Assembly (NCBI GenBank): GCA_038064975.1
Contig: JBBTRX010000002.1
Coordinates: forward strand, 193,278-257,277
Direction of reading: 5' to 3'
Source: Patescibacteria group bacterium
Lineage (GTDB): Bacteria; Patescibacteriota; Minisyncoccia; UBA6257; 1-14-0-10-40-38
DNA length: 64,000 nt
The notes beneath the pieces were generated by a model. That model saw nothing but the letters and a program-made list of their open reading frames with translations, did not search any database and was not told the origin of the DNA. Position numbers and translations under genes: made by a program. Below are positions 9,442 to 17,767 of the stretch, in pieces. Within the stretch, counting starts at the first letter, position 1. Each line of letters opens with the position of its first letter.

Positions 9442-9848
9442 TTGACGTTTTCAAAATGCTGGAGGTTTTTATCTATAAAATCTTTTTTATATATTGTCAA
9501 TGCGTCTCCTTCTAGTTCGGTATCTGGGAGTTGTATGGTGATAACATCAATTCTCCAGCCCTTCGAACTATTGACAAGTTTAGAATTTTGGTTTGCATAA
9601 AATAAAGCCGATCTCTTCATCTTTTTTATTTTTTGCGGAGTCATATTATCTTCAGGGCTAAGCTCGCTTCCCTGTTTCATTGTTTTTACTTCAACGAAGA
9701 CGATTGTTCCATCCTTGGTTTTAGCGATGAGATCTATTTCTCCCAAAGGTACAAATTCATTGTGCATCAAAATTTTCCATCCCATGTTTTGGAGATACTT
9801 ACCTGCAATATCCTCTCCAATCTTACCCACTGTCTGATTTTCACTCAT
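9438..9848 (-). CDS. yraN: YraN/UPF0102 family endonuclease (PD-(D/E)xK fold)
   Basis: The sequence GEDIAGKYLQNMGWKIL...GEIDLIA...VFVEVK matches the UPF0102 pattern. Confidence 0.75.
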   Translation of the reverse strand: MSENQTVGKIGEDIAGKYLQNMGWKILMHNEFVPLGEIDLIAKTKDGTIVFVEVKTMKQGSELSPEDNMTPQKIKKMKRSALFYANQNSKLVNSSKGWRIDVITIQLPDTELEGDALTIYKKDFIDKNLQHFENVN

Positions 9849-9853
9849 GTAAT

Positions 9854-10409
9854 TGTTTCACGTGAAACATCTGTATAACAAATTAATTCAAACACATTTT
9901 CTATTAAAATTGAAAGTAAGTAATTCAATTGTTTCACGTGAAACAATTTGGTTAATTAGTGGATTGTTAGAATTGTTAAGATGTTTCACGTGAAACATTG
10001 TTCACACGGGAAAATCTTAAATATTGAAGTGATTATTAATATATTCCATGTCCAGGATCTAATAATCCCTATATTTAGTATTTTTTGTTGTTTTCTATTT
10101 TTTGCATTGTTTCACGTGAAACAATGCAAAACAATTCTGTATCGCAAATTTCCTTTTTATAGAAATTGAATACAATGTTTCACGTGAAACATTGATCAAA
10201 GAACGAACTCCAGTTTTTCAATTGTTTCACGTGAAACAATTGAGATTCTTTTTATTCTCGCAATATCATCAAATTGCTATGGAAAATGGATATTTCTATG
10301 AAATTAATGTTTCTCAATTATTTATGCATTGTTTCACGTGAAACAATGCATAAATAGAATATGCTCGCTTGATGTGCTGAATCTGTTACAAAATGTTTCA
10401 CGTGAAACA
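9854..10409. promoter_or_regulatory. array of 8 perfect parS centromere sites, TGTTTCACGTGAAACA, at 9854, 9930, 9982, 10108, 10176, 10223, 10330 and 10394 (each 16 bp)
   Basis: Exact matches to the canonical ParB-binding palindrome were counted by eye. Each core is extended into a longer 20-38 bp palindrome. Spacing is irregular (47-126 bp). The region is non-coding and AT-rich. Confidence 0.85.
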
Positions 10410-10470
10410 TTTTGTAACAGATTTATTGAACTAAAATGTTTTACAGGTGTTTTACACTTAGTAATATATA

Positions 10471-10553
10471 CGGCAATGCGGCAATCATATGAAGAATGCG
10501 GCAATGAATACGGCAATGTATATACGGCAATAGGATACGGCAATTGCCGTATC
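10471..10553. repeat. iteron-like array of six direct RYRCGGCAAT repeats ending in the perfect 22-bp palindrome GGATACGGCAATTGCCGTATCC
   Basis: CGGCAAT starts at 10471, 10479, 10499, 10511, 10525 and 10538. An inverted copy lies at 10543-10549. Confidence 0.8.
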
Positions 10554-10559
10554 CTATAA

Positions 10560-10595
10560 AAATAAAATTGCCAGGGTTTTGTCTGGCAATTTTAT
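10560..10595 (-). terminator. rho-independent terminator of the M15 peptidase gene (AAATTGCCAG/CTGGCAATTT hairpin followed by T-run on the minus strand)
   Basis: Seen in sequence, immediately 3' of the 10625 stop. Confidence 0.6.
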
Positions 10596-10624
10596 TACAA
10601 ACTGAAATATAAGATTAAGCAAGT

Positions 10625-11581
10625 CTAATCGAAAATTTTAACTAAGTATTCGTCAATCTGCCTCTGCTCAAGATTATAGAAATCCTTATTCTGATCGTGT
10701 AAATATGTCGCGAGAGCAACTCCGACGAATCTCCAATGCCAGGGTTCAAAAATATAGTATCCATTGTTTTGTGGATAGGAGAGAATAAAACCATACTTAA
10801 ATGCATTATTTTGCATCCACGTATAAGCCGGAGTTTTATCAAAGCCATAAAGCTGTCCATTCAAACCCGTAGTTATGAAATCAGCGGTTGTTCCAAGTTG
10901 ATGCTCTGAATAGCCTTGATCAGCAGAAAATTGATTCGCCGTTCCGGCACCATAAGTCACCGTATAGGACGATTTCAAAGCTTCTTGTTCGTCAAAGCCG
11001 CGATAGGCCGATTTGACATAGATAGTTACTCCATTTGATTTTGCCGCGACAAGGAGGTTATTAAGATAAGGGAAGACACGCTCATGTATTTGTTCTGGTC
11101 GGTTTTCGCTATAGAGAAATTCTTTGCCAATTTCAACCACCCGTTCGGGAGCGTAGTGTTCATTCAAAAAGAATACTTTTGAATACTTCTGCAAAAGCTC
11201 CGGGTCGGTTTTGCTAAGTTTTTCCAGCGTTCCAACCGTGTTGGATATTACTCCAACCGTCTGTTCAAAGCCGCCGACTCGCGTTTGGACTCCTTCAATA
11301 TTCTGATTTGCAATGGAGAGTGTTTTAGAAATACCAAGAGATTCTTGTTCTAGGGCACCCGTCTTCTCATTTAATGTATTAATCGCGGTTGCGAATAGGG
11401 CAGTAGTAGAAGCGACTTCAGAAGAAAGCTGATCTATTTGTTTTGCAAGGGAATATGTCTGTATGTAGCCATACGTAAATAAACCGATGAGCACGGCAAT
11501 ACCGATTATTAAAGAACGATTGACTGATGAAAATTTTCTTACTTTTTGCCAATTCATGTGCGTGCTGAGGGGAGATCTCAC
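10625..11581 (-). CDS. D-alanyl-D-alanine carboxypeptidase, peptidase M15 (VanY-like), N-terminal TM and coiled coil
   Basis: Motifs SEHQLGTTADF and EPWHWRF are present. Confidence 0.8.
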   Translation of the reverse strand: MRSPLSTHMNWQKVRKFSSVNRSLIIGIAVLIGLFTYGYIQTYSLAKQIDQLSSEVASTTALFATAINTLNEKTGALEQESLGISKTLSIANQNIEGVQTRVGGFEQTVGVISNTVGTLEKLSKTDPELLQKYSKVFFLNEHYAPERVVEIGKEFLYSENRPEQIHERVFPYLNNLLVAAKSNGVTIYVKSAYRGFDEQEALKSSYTVTYGAGTANQFSADQGYSEHQLGTTADFITTGLNGQLYGFDKTPAYTWMQNNAFKYGFILSYPQNNGYYIFEPWHWRFVGVALATYLHDQNKDFYNLEQRQIDEYLVKIFD

Positions 11582-11685
11582 GTCGTCCGATTTTGCCGGA
11601 CTCCTTGAAACCCCTCGGTTTCAATAACTTCCGTCTCGGGAAAACTCCCGATTTTCCCGACCCCTTTCCCTGTTCGGATTCTGCG

Positions 11686-11758
11686 GTGCGCGCTGAGGGG
11701 ATCGAACCCACGACCTACTCGGTGTAAACGAGTCGCTCTGCCACTGAGCTAAGCGCGC
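11686..11758 (-). tRNA. tRNA-Val (anticodon TAC)
   Basis: Manual cloverleaf: acceptor GCGCGCT/AGCGCGC, anticodon stem ACTCG/CGAGT, loop TTTACAC, T-loop TTCGATC. Confidence 0.75.
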
Positions 11759-11775
11759 AAATATACTATCTGAAT

Positions 11776-12130
11776 AAATGAGCTATACTTCTTATTTGTC
11801 TCTTTCAAGCTTAAGCGAAGTGGGCCACTGCCTGTCCGTCCGCCCGCCTGAATGAAATTCATTTCGGGCAGGTAGTCAGGGCATTGCCGGACGAAGGAGG
11901 AAGCTAAGCGCGCATATATTCAGGAACTCATTGTATCCCGATTGTACAATAAAGAAAAGATCACGCCTACGGCGTGTAAATCCGCCGGAGGCCAGCCTCG
12001 CCGTAACTAGTCTAGGCGGGCGGGCAGGTCCTCCAAGGACGGATAAACCCGCCGAAGGTGGGCAGGCTTGCAAGAGAGTGCGTTAGTGAAGTACTGTTTT
12101 TATTAGCTCCATATTATACTAAGCGAGTCG
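11776..12130. ncRNA. candidate structured non-coding RNA of unknown class (strand undetermined)
   Basis: About 360 nt between two tRNAs with no credible ORF. It is GC-rich. There is long-range complementarity: CCTGTCCGTCCGCCCGCCT at 11831-11849 against AGGCGGGCGGGCAGG at 12025-12039 and GGACGGA at 12049-12055. Several internal hairpins are present. No GGAAAGUCC (RNase P) motif was found. Confidence 0.35.
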
Positions 12131-12138
12131 GACAAAAT

Positions 12139-12210
12139 CGGCCCATAGCTCAAGGGCAGAGCATCCGTCTTATACACGGGGGGTTGCAGGTTCGAATCCT
12201 GCTGGGCCGA
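12139..12210 (+). tRNA. tRNA-Ile with anticodon TAT (UAU), reading AUA
   Basis: Manual cloverleaf: acceptor CGGCCCA/TGGGCCG, D-arm GCTCAAGGGCAGAGC, anticodon stem TCCGT/ACGGG, loop CTTATAC, T-arm GCAGGTTCGAATCCTGC. Confidence 0.65.
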
Positions 12211-12217
12211 CAACAAA

Positions 12218-12248
12218 CAAAAAATCCTCGCCATGCGAGGATTTTTTG
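12218..12248. terminator. bidirectional terminator hairpin AATCCTCGC/GCGAGGATT plus T-run (shared by tRNA-Ile and convergent ftsH)
   Basis: Seen in sequence. Confidence 0.6.
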
Positions 12249-12256
12249 AAATACGT

Positions 12257-14095
12257 TTACGCAACTATCGTCATTGGTTTCAGATTGAACGGCTCAAGAA
12301 TCTGATTAAACTCTTCTTGTTCCAGTGTTTCTTTTTCCAGAAGTGCTCCTGCGATCGCGTCTAATACTTTTGTGCGAGTAGTAATTATTTTTTTCGCCAT
12401 TGCGTGTGCAATTTCAATAAATCGATGCACTTCGTGATCAATTTTTCCAGCAACTTCTTCGGAGTAATTTTTCTCATGCGCGATGTCGCGACCTAAGAAA
12501 ATCATGTCTTCAGTTCTGCCGAAGGTGATAGGTCCCAAATTACTCATGCCATATTTAGTTACTAATCGGCGAGAAAGTTCTGACGCTTCCTTTAGGTCAT
12601 TAGAAGCTCCGGTTGAGATATCGCTAAATATTTCGTGCTCGGCAACATATCCACCCATCATGACTGCAAGGTCATTCAAGAATTGTGATTTTGTTTTAAG
12701 GCGCATTTCCTCAAGAGGAAGCTTGAGAGTATATCCGCCCGCGCGTCCGCGGCTCACAATAGAAACCTTGTGTACTGGATCAGAATCTTTGAGGGAGGCG
12801 GTAACAAGCGCATGGCCGGCTTCATGATACGCGGTAACTTTCCTTTCTCTGTCTGAAATAACTCTGCTCTTGCGTGCCGGACCAAGCATGACTTTTTCAA
12901 TGGAATCGTAAATATCCTGTTGTGCGATTGTTTGTCGATTGTTACGAGCAGTAGCAATAGCTGCTTCGTTTAAGAGGTTTGCGAGATCAGCTCCGGAAAA
13001 TCCTGGTGTGCGTGTGGCGATCTTTGCGAAATCAACACCTTCACTCATAGGTTTGTTGCGCGCGTGGATTTTTAAGATCTCTTCGCGGTCTTTCATGTCG
13101 GGTAAATCAATAACGATTCTCCGATCAAAGCGGCCCGGACGAAGCAGTGCTTGATCCAAAACATCGGGACGGTTAGTTGCAGCGATGACGATAACTTTCG
13201 TGTCGCGGTCAAAGCCGTCCATCTCCACGAGAATTTGATTTAATGTCTGTTCGCGCTCGTCGTGTCCGCCGCCCAAACCTGCTCCGCGCTCTCTGCCGAT
13301 TGCATCAATCTCATCTATAAAGAGAATTGAAGGCGCAGCTTTCTTTGCGGTAGTAAATGCATCACGTGTACGCGCGGCACCTACGCCAACAAACATTTCT
13401 ACGAACTCAGACGCGGAGATATGAAAGAAGGGGACTTCACTTTCTCCTGCGATGGCGCGAGCGAGTAATGTTTTTCCTGATCCCGGAGGGCCCATCATAA
13501 GTACTCCGCGAGGAATACGGGCACCGACTTCAAGAAATTTTTTCGGATTTTTTAGGAAATCTACTACCTCCTCAACTTCTTCTTTTGCTTCTTTTAGTCC
13601 CGCGATGTCTTTGAACGTGATTTTATCCTTCTGGGGAGAAAATAGTTTTAAGTTTGAGCGGCCGAAATTAAATACCTGATTTGCCCCTCCCTGTGCTCTT
13701 CGAAAAATAATCCAAAAGACTGCAATGATAAGAATAAGGGGAAGTAATGTTGGGATAAGAATACCGAGCCAGAATCGCGCGCCGGATTCATCTTGAATTT
13801 CTATCTTTACGCCACGCAGATCATCTGCGGTAACTCCCAGGTTCATAAGCGTTTCGCTAAGTCCGGATTCGGATTCTTTTTGGACTTTAGCTTCCGTCCC
13901 ATCCGTAAGGAGGACGGTAAGATTGTTACCGCTTACCACAATACTAGAAACTGAACCTGCAGAAATGCGCTCCGCAAGGGTGTTAATGGAAAGGGTCTCC
14001 GGAGCTGTTGTGTCGCCGACGAGAAACGAGAAAATAAGGGAAACTGCGATTAACGTCGCAATCGCCCAAAGGATATTTTTATATAAGATGTTCAT
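12257..14095 (-). CDS. ftsH: ATP-dependent zinc metalloprotease FtsH
   Basis: The N-terminal TM is followed by the AAA motif [13 protein letters not shown] and the zinc site HEAGHAL. Confidence 0.95.
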   Translation of the reverse strand: MNILYKNILWAIATLIAVSLIFSFLVGDTTAPETLSINTLAERISAGSVSSIVVSGNNLTVLLTDGTEAKVQKESESGLSETLMNLGVTADDLRGVKIEIQDESGARFWLGILIPTLLPLILIIAVFWIIFRRAQGGANQVFNFGRSNLKLFSPQKDKITFKDIAGLKEAKEEVEEVVDFLKNPKKFLEVGARIPRGVLMMGPPGSGKTLLARAIAGESEVPFFHISASEFVEMFVGVGAARTRDAFTTAKKAAPSILFIDEIDAIGRERGAGLGGGHDEREQTLNQILVEMDGFDRDTKVIVIAATNRPDVLDQALLRPGRFDRRIVIDLPDMKDREEILKIHARNKPMSEGVDFAKIATRTPGFSGADLANLLNEAAIATARNNRQTIAQQDIYDSIEKVMLGPARKSRVISDRERKVTAYHEAGHALVTASLKDSDPVHKVSIVSRGRAGGYTLKLPLEEMRLKTKSQFLNDLAVMMGGYVAEHEIFSDISTGASNDLKEASELSRRLVTKYGMSNLGPITFGRTEDMIFLGRDIAHEKNYSEEVAGKIDHEVHRFIEIAHAMAKKIITTRTKVLDAIAGALLEKETLEQEEFNQILEPFNLKPMTIVA

Positions 14096-14234
14096 GATGT
14101 AGTGCGATATGTTAGTTATAACTCTTCATGAGTAAAATAATATCACACTGTGCGGGCAGAAGTAATATTCCTCATTTACTCATGAAGCTTCCATGACGTC
14201 GTTGCTGGCGTAAAACAACTGTAAAACAATTTTT

Positions 14235-14250
14235 TGTTTTACGTGAAACA
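14235..14250. promoter_or_regulatory. degenerate parS-like site TGTTTTACGTGAAACA (1 mismatch), adjacent to palindrome TTGTCCGGCAAAGCCGGATCCGGCTTTGCCGGACAA
   Basis: Seen in the ftsH/xer divergent intergenic region. The adjacent palindrome contains the CCGGCAA motif. Confidence 0.55.
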
Positions 14251-14366
14251 TTTTGTCCGGCAAAGCCGGATCCGGCTTTGCCGGACAACTAGCGACTAAT
14301 AATGAATTTAATTGGTCAACTTATCTTCCGTATACTAGTGTCGCAAAATAATCTACTATTATAACC

Positions 14367-15275
14367 ATGACGCAGGCAGAAAAGCTTCTCAAGGAATATT
14401 TGGATTATTTGGAAATTGAGAAAAATCGTTCCGTGAAAACACGCGAAAACTACGAACGCTATCTTAAGTATTTTTTTAATTTCGCAAAAATAAATTCTGT
14501 GGAGGATATTACGGAAACTGCAGTACGGGAGTTTCGTCTTTCGCTTGCGAGGTCTAAGGGAAGCGAGGGGACCGTGCTCAAAAAAAATACTCAAAGTTAT
14601 TACGCTATCGCGGTCAGAAATTTTTTGAAATATCTTGCACGCCATGACTACAAGACGCTTGCGCCGGAAAAAATAGAACTTCCGAAATTAGGGATGCGCC
14701 AAATTGATATTGTGGAATACAAAGATCTTGAGCGAATGCTTGAGGCACCCAAAGGGGATAGTCTGCGAGCAGTGCGGGATCGCGCAATTTTAGAACTACT
14801 GTTTTCAACGGGATTACGTTTAGCGGAACTTTGCTCGCTGAGTCGATATCTTGATTTTAATCGGGGAGAAATAACAGTGCGGGGAAAAGGGGATAAGCTG
14901 CGCGTTGTTTTCGTTTCCGGGCGCGCACGAGGCGCGATTAAAGAGTATTTGGAAAAGCGTGCGGATGCCGGTGAGACATTATTTATAAGTCTTACAAAAA
15001 AAGGGAAACCACTCGGACGTATTAATCCGCGAACTGTTCAACGCATTGTAGATAAGTACGCGAGGGAAGCGGGGATTATGGACCCTGTAACTCCACACAC
15101 ATTCCGGCATATGTTTGCCACGGATCTTTTAATGAACGGAGCAGATCTCCGTTCCGTGCAGGCACTCCTCGGTCACTCTAATGTTGCAACTACACAAATC
15201 TACACGCATCTCACGAATAAAGAATTACGCGAAATCCACAAGGCATTTCATGGCACGCGAAGAGGGGAGAAGTAA
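14367..15275 (+). CDS. tyrosine site-specific recombinase, XerC/XerD family
   Basis: C-terminal catalytic motifs RHMFATDLL...LLGHSNVATTQIYTH. There is an N-terminal core-binding domain. Confidence 0.85.
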   Translation: MTQAEKLLKEYLDYLEIEKNRSVKTRENYERYLKYFFNFAKINSVEDITETAVREFRLSLARSKGSEGTVLKKNTQSYYAIAVRNFLKYLARHDYKTLAPEKIELPKLGMRQIDIVEYKDLERMLEAPKGDSLRAVRDRAILELLFSTGLRLAELCSLSRYLDFNRGEITVRGKGDKLRVVFVSGRARGAIKEYLEKRADAGETLFISLTKKGKPLGRINPRTVQRIVDKYAREAGIMDPVTPHTFRHMFATDLLMNGADLRSVQALLGHSNVATTQIYTHLTNKELREIHKAFHGTRRGEK

Positions 15276-15334
15276 TTTTATACTCCGCTCCAATAAAATA
15301 AAAATAGTACTGGGGGAGGGAATCTCACTACTCG

Positions 15335-15362
15335 GTCCGATAGTTATCGGACCTGCGTTTTA
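15335..15362 (+). terminator. terminator hairpin GGTCCGATAGTTATCGGACC followed by T-rich tract
   Basis: Seen in sequence, 3' of the recombinase gene. Confidence 0.5.
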
Positions 15363-15432
15363 AAAACCCTCCTCCTTCGTTAAAACTACGGACGGACAAG
15401 TCGGTTTTTAACATTTCTATACTAGTGGATAG

Positions 15433-15517
15433 TGGTGCTGGGGGAGGGACTTGAACCCACACGCCTTGCGGCGGCAGCTCCTAAAGCTGCTGCGTCTGCC
15501 AATTTCGCCACCCCAGC
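15433..15517 (-). tRNA. tRNA-Leu (anticodon TAG), type II with long variable arm, encoded CCA
   Basis: Manual fold: GCTGGGG...anticodon stem GCAGC/GCTGC, loop TTTAGGA, variable arm CGCCGCAAGGCGT, T-loop TTCAAGT, 3' CACCA. Confidence 0.75.
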
Positions 15518-15523
15518 GAGCCC

Positions 15524-15552
15524 TTGACTTTTACAAGGATTCCTGATATTAT
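15524..15552 (+). promoter_or_regulatory. sigma70-like promoter: TTGACT, 17-nt spacer, TATTAT
   Basis: Consensus hexamers were seen upstream of the SPFH gene. The -35 region TTGACTTTTAC is shared with the rpsA and 45057 promoters. Confidence 0.5.
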
Positions 15553-15646
15553 ATCACAGTTCTTTGATAACTCAAAGTAATAGTATTGCCTGCTTAGGCG
15601 ATGCTCGTCCAGCCCTAGTTTCAGCAACCAGAAAGAGAGGTCTCTT

Positions 15647-16651
15647 ATGGAGATCGCAGGTGGACTGCTCGTTTTGGCGTTGATTATTGCAGTTCTGTAT
15701 TTTTGCTTCATGGCGATAGCTTGGCTCTTCGGTCTTGCGATCACGTACAGTTACGTCATTCTTGGTATCGGCGTCACTATCCTAGTTGTCGCCATCCTTC
15801 TCGATTCGTACGCAATCGTCCCTTCTGCGCATTACGGGGTCAAGAAATTCCTCGAAAGGCGCATAACGAAAAAAAATAAAGAGGGAGATGAAGAGGGTGT
15901 CGTTGTGGATGAAGGGTTTCAATGGAAGCTTGCATTTTTTCACTCCTTCGACATTTTTTCTTATAAACGTGAGCCGATTGTTGTAGATGAAACATTCATG
16001 ACTGGGAAAGATCAGGATGGATCTCGATTAGAAATCTTCATTAATGGATTTATTCTTTATCGCGTGAATAGACAAGAAGTGGCAACAACTGCATTTGAAT
16101 TTTCAGAAGAAGCAACTAAAAAAGGCATCATAGCGGATGCGACTTCAGAATTCGGCGGTGTTACTGGTACGAAATCCGCTGAGGTATTTATTGATAATCG
16201 TGATACTGTCGAGGTTCTACTCGCATCTGCGTTGCAACTTGCGGATCCTCCTCATAAAAAGTTGCCCGCCGAGGAACGGTTTGAGTATTGCAGAGCTCAC
16301 TCTGTTGAGTTGCGAGAAGCGCTGAGGCGTGAATCAGAAACGTCGGAGAAAAGATCCGCTGTCGAACTCAGGTATGGAATCGATATCCTTAGCGTTTCTA
16401 TTAAGGACGTTGATTTCACTGAAAAAACAAAAGCAGCTCTTGAGAAGCAAAGACAGGATGCAGCCTTGGCTGCAGCCGCACGATCAAAACTAGGGCTTGT
16501 GAGAGAATTCAAAGCGGAAGGCCTAACACCAGAACGTGCCGTTGATGCCGCAGAAATTTCCCTTGGGCAAGGTACGAGACAACAAATCGGCCTTCAAGGG
16601 ATTCCTGCAGGATTCATCAATGTCTCGCTCGGATCCAAGGACGGTAACTAG
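15647..16651 (+). CDS. SPFH/band-7 (stomatin/prohibitin-like) domain membrane protein
   Basis: N-terminal TM helices are followed by an SPFH-like core (GFILYRV..., DILSVSIKDVDF) and a coiled-coil tail. Confidence 0.65.
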   Translation: MEIAGGLLVLALIIAVLYFCFMAIAWLFGLAITYSYVILGIGVTILVVAILLDSYAIVPSAHYGVKKFLERRITKKNKEGDEEGVVVDEGFQWKLAFFHSFDIFSYKREPIVVDETFMTGKDQDGSRLEIFINGFILYRVNRQEVATTAFEFSEEATKKGIIADATSEFGGVTGTKSAEVFIDNRDTVEVLLASALQLADPPHKKLPAEERFEYCRAHSVELREALRRESETSEKRSAVELRYGIDILSVSIKDVDFTEKTKAALEKQRQDAALAAAARSKLGLVREFKAEGLTPERAVDAAEISLGQGTRQQIGLQGIPAGFINVSLGSKDGN

Positions 16652-16665
16652 AAAGGAGAAGGGTT

Positions 16666-17313
16666 ATGACTAACAAGAGCGGATCGATCGAATCAATCTT
16701 CCGGTCCAAACCGAAGCGAATCATTTGGCTCGTTATCGGTATTGGATGCATCGTTGTTTGGGGCTTGATAGCTTGGCTTCACGACGGAGACGAAGCAGAG
16801 TCTCAATCCCAAATGCTTGAGAAACCTCCTGTTGCTTGCGAGCACGAGACTCCTCAAGTCCAATTCTCCGGACCAATCCCGAGCGCACTCAAAGGTGCGA
16901 AGGAAACGCTCCAGAATGTTCCCAACTTCGCCGAGAGTGTGACTGATGGGATCGCTAACGGGTTTGAATACGCCACGAGTAGTTACGCTACTCCTGGATT
17001 CGTGTACCAAGGAGACGTTGTCTACTTTGGTCCCAACGATACTCAAAAAGAAATCATGCTCCAGCGAGGAGCGTGGTCTCCAATGGTTCGGCTTCCTCCC
17101 GAGGTGGATTATCGCATTGATGTCTCGCCTCCGGACGGATACCGCATCAAGTTCATTGATGGAACAGAGCAAGACGTGCCTGCAAACGGCATTGCTTTCT
17201 TTGGAATCCGTCGCGCCGTGTTTCAGCTCCAGGGCAAGGTCCCTGGTCAGACTGCAACCATAACCACCACTCTCAACGATGGGCGTAGTCCCAAAAATGA
17301 GTGTAGGAGGTAA
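16666..17313 (+). CDS. hypothetical membrane-anchored protein (215 aa)
   Basis: ORF track. It has a single N-terminal TM and lies 15 nt after the SPFH gene. Confidence 0.4.
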   Translation: MTNKSGSIESIFRSKPKRIIWLVIGIGCIVVWGLIAWLHDGDEAESQSQMLEKPPVACEHETPQVQFSGPIPSALKGAKETLQNVPNFAESVTDGIANGFEYATSSYATPGFVYQGDVVYFGPNDTQKEIMLQRGAWSPMVRLPPEVDYRIDVSPPDGYRIKFIDGTEQDVPANGIAFFGIRRAVFQLQGKVPGQTATITTTLNDGRSPKNECRR

Positions 17314-17324
17314 GGCGCAAACAA

Positions 17325-17362
17325 CAAATCCCGCATGTGAACCATGCGGGATTTATCTTTTT
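17325..17362. terminator. bidirectional terminator AAATCCCGCATG/CATGCGGGATTT plus T-run
   Basis: Seen in sequence between convergent genes. Confidence 0.6.
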
Positions 17363-17377
17363 CTTAAAAATTTTTCT

Positions 17378-17767
17378 TTAGAAAACTGTTTCTACAACTA
17401 ACTGAATCACTGCTCGAGAAAGGAATGCTACGATGACAGCAATAATTGCGTAAATAATATACGTTTTTGCCTTCCCAATATTATCTTCATTGCCTCCAGC
17501 CATGAGATACAAGTACGCTGCCCAGAGGACAAAAACACCAGCGAGAAAAATGAGAAACCCAAAAGCCCAACCGACAAGATTATCAAGTGTTCTCTTGATG
17601 AGACTTGAATCAGCACTTGGTTGTATCGGATTGATTCCACCTTGTGCTCCTACTACCATAGGGAATGCTACGAGGAAAATAACTAATGCAATTAAGAGCC
17701 CTTTTTTCATATGTAATATATTAATGCGTTCTGAATTATGACAATCGACCAAATGCTTATGCCCCAA
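17378..17767 (-). CDS. TrbC/VirB2-like pilin family small membrane protein (paralog 3)
   Basis: There is a signal peptide and two C-terminal hydrophobic helices (LWAAYLYLMAGG...AKTYIIYAIIAVIVAFL). It is paralogous to its two upstream neighbours. Confidence 0.5.
   Translation of the reverse strand: MGHKHLVDCHNSERINILHMKKGLLIALVIFLVAFPMVVGAQGGINPIQPSADSSLIKRTLDNLVGWAFGFLIFLAGVFVLWAAYLYLMAGGNEDNIGKAKTYIIYAIIAVIVAFLSRAVIQLVVETVF

Noticed and set aside
9854-10409. Possible CRISPR array
   Set aside because: The repeats are perfect palindromes with variable arm extensions. Spacing is irregular (47-126 bp). There are no cas genes or leader. It matches parS instead.
9981-10559. ORF-track ORFs 9981..10169, 10329..10559 and 10334..10543 inside the parS / CGGCAAT block
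   Set aside because: They are built from palindromes and direct repeats (the peptide repeats FHVKHC/FHVKQC come from CACGTGAAACA). There is no RBS logic, and the region is better explained as DNA-level sites.
11776-12130. RNase P RNA assignment for the inter-tRNA region
   Set aside because: The size fits, but neither strand carries the near-universal GGAAAGUCC or ACAGARA P4 strands. It was left as unassigned ncRNA.
11876-12249. ORFs 11876..12073 (-) and 12058..12249 (+)
   Set aside because: They overlap the candidate structured RNA and tRNA-Ile plus its terminator. They are Arg/Pro-rich nonsense proteins.
15481-15744. ORF 15481..15744 (-)
   Set aside because: It overlaps tRNA-Leu and the SPFH promoter and start, so it is spurious.
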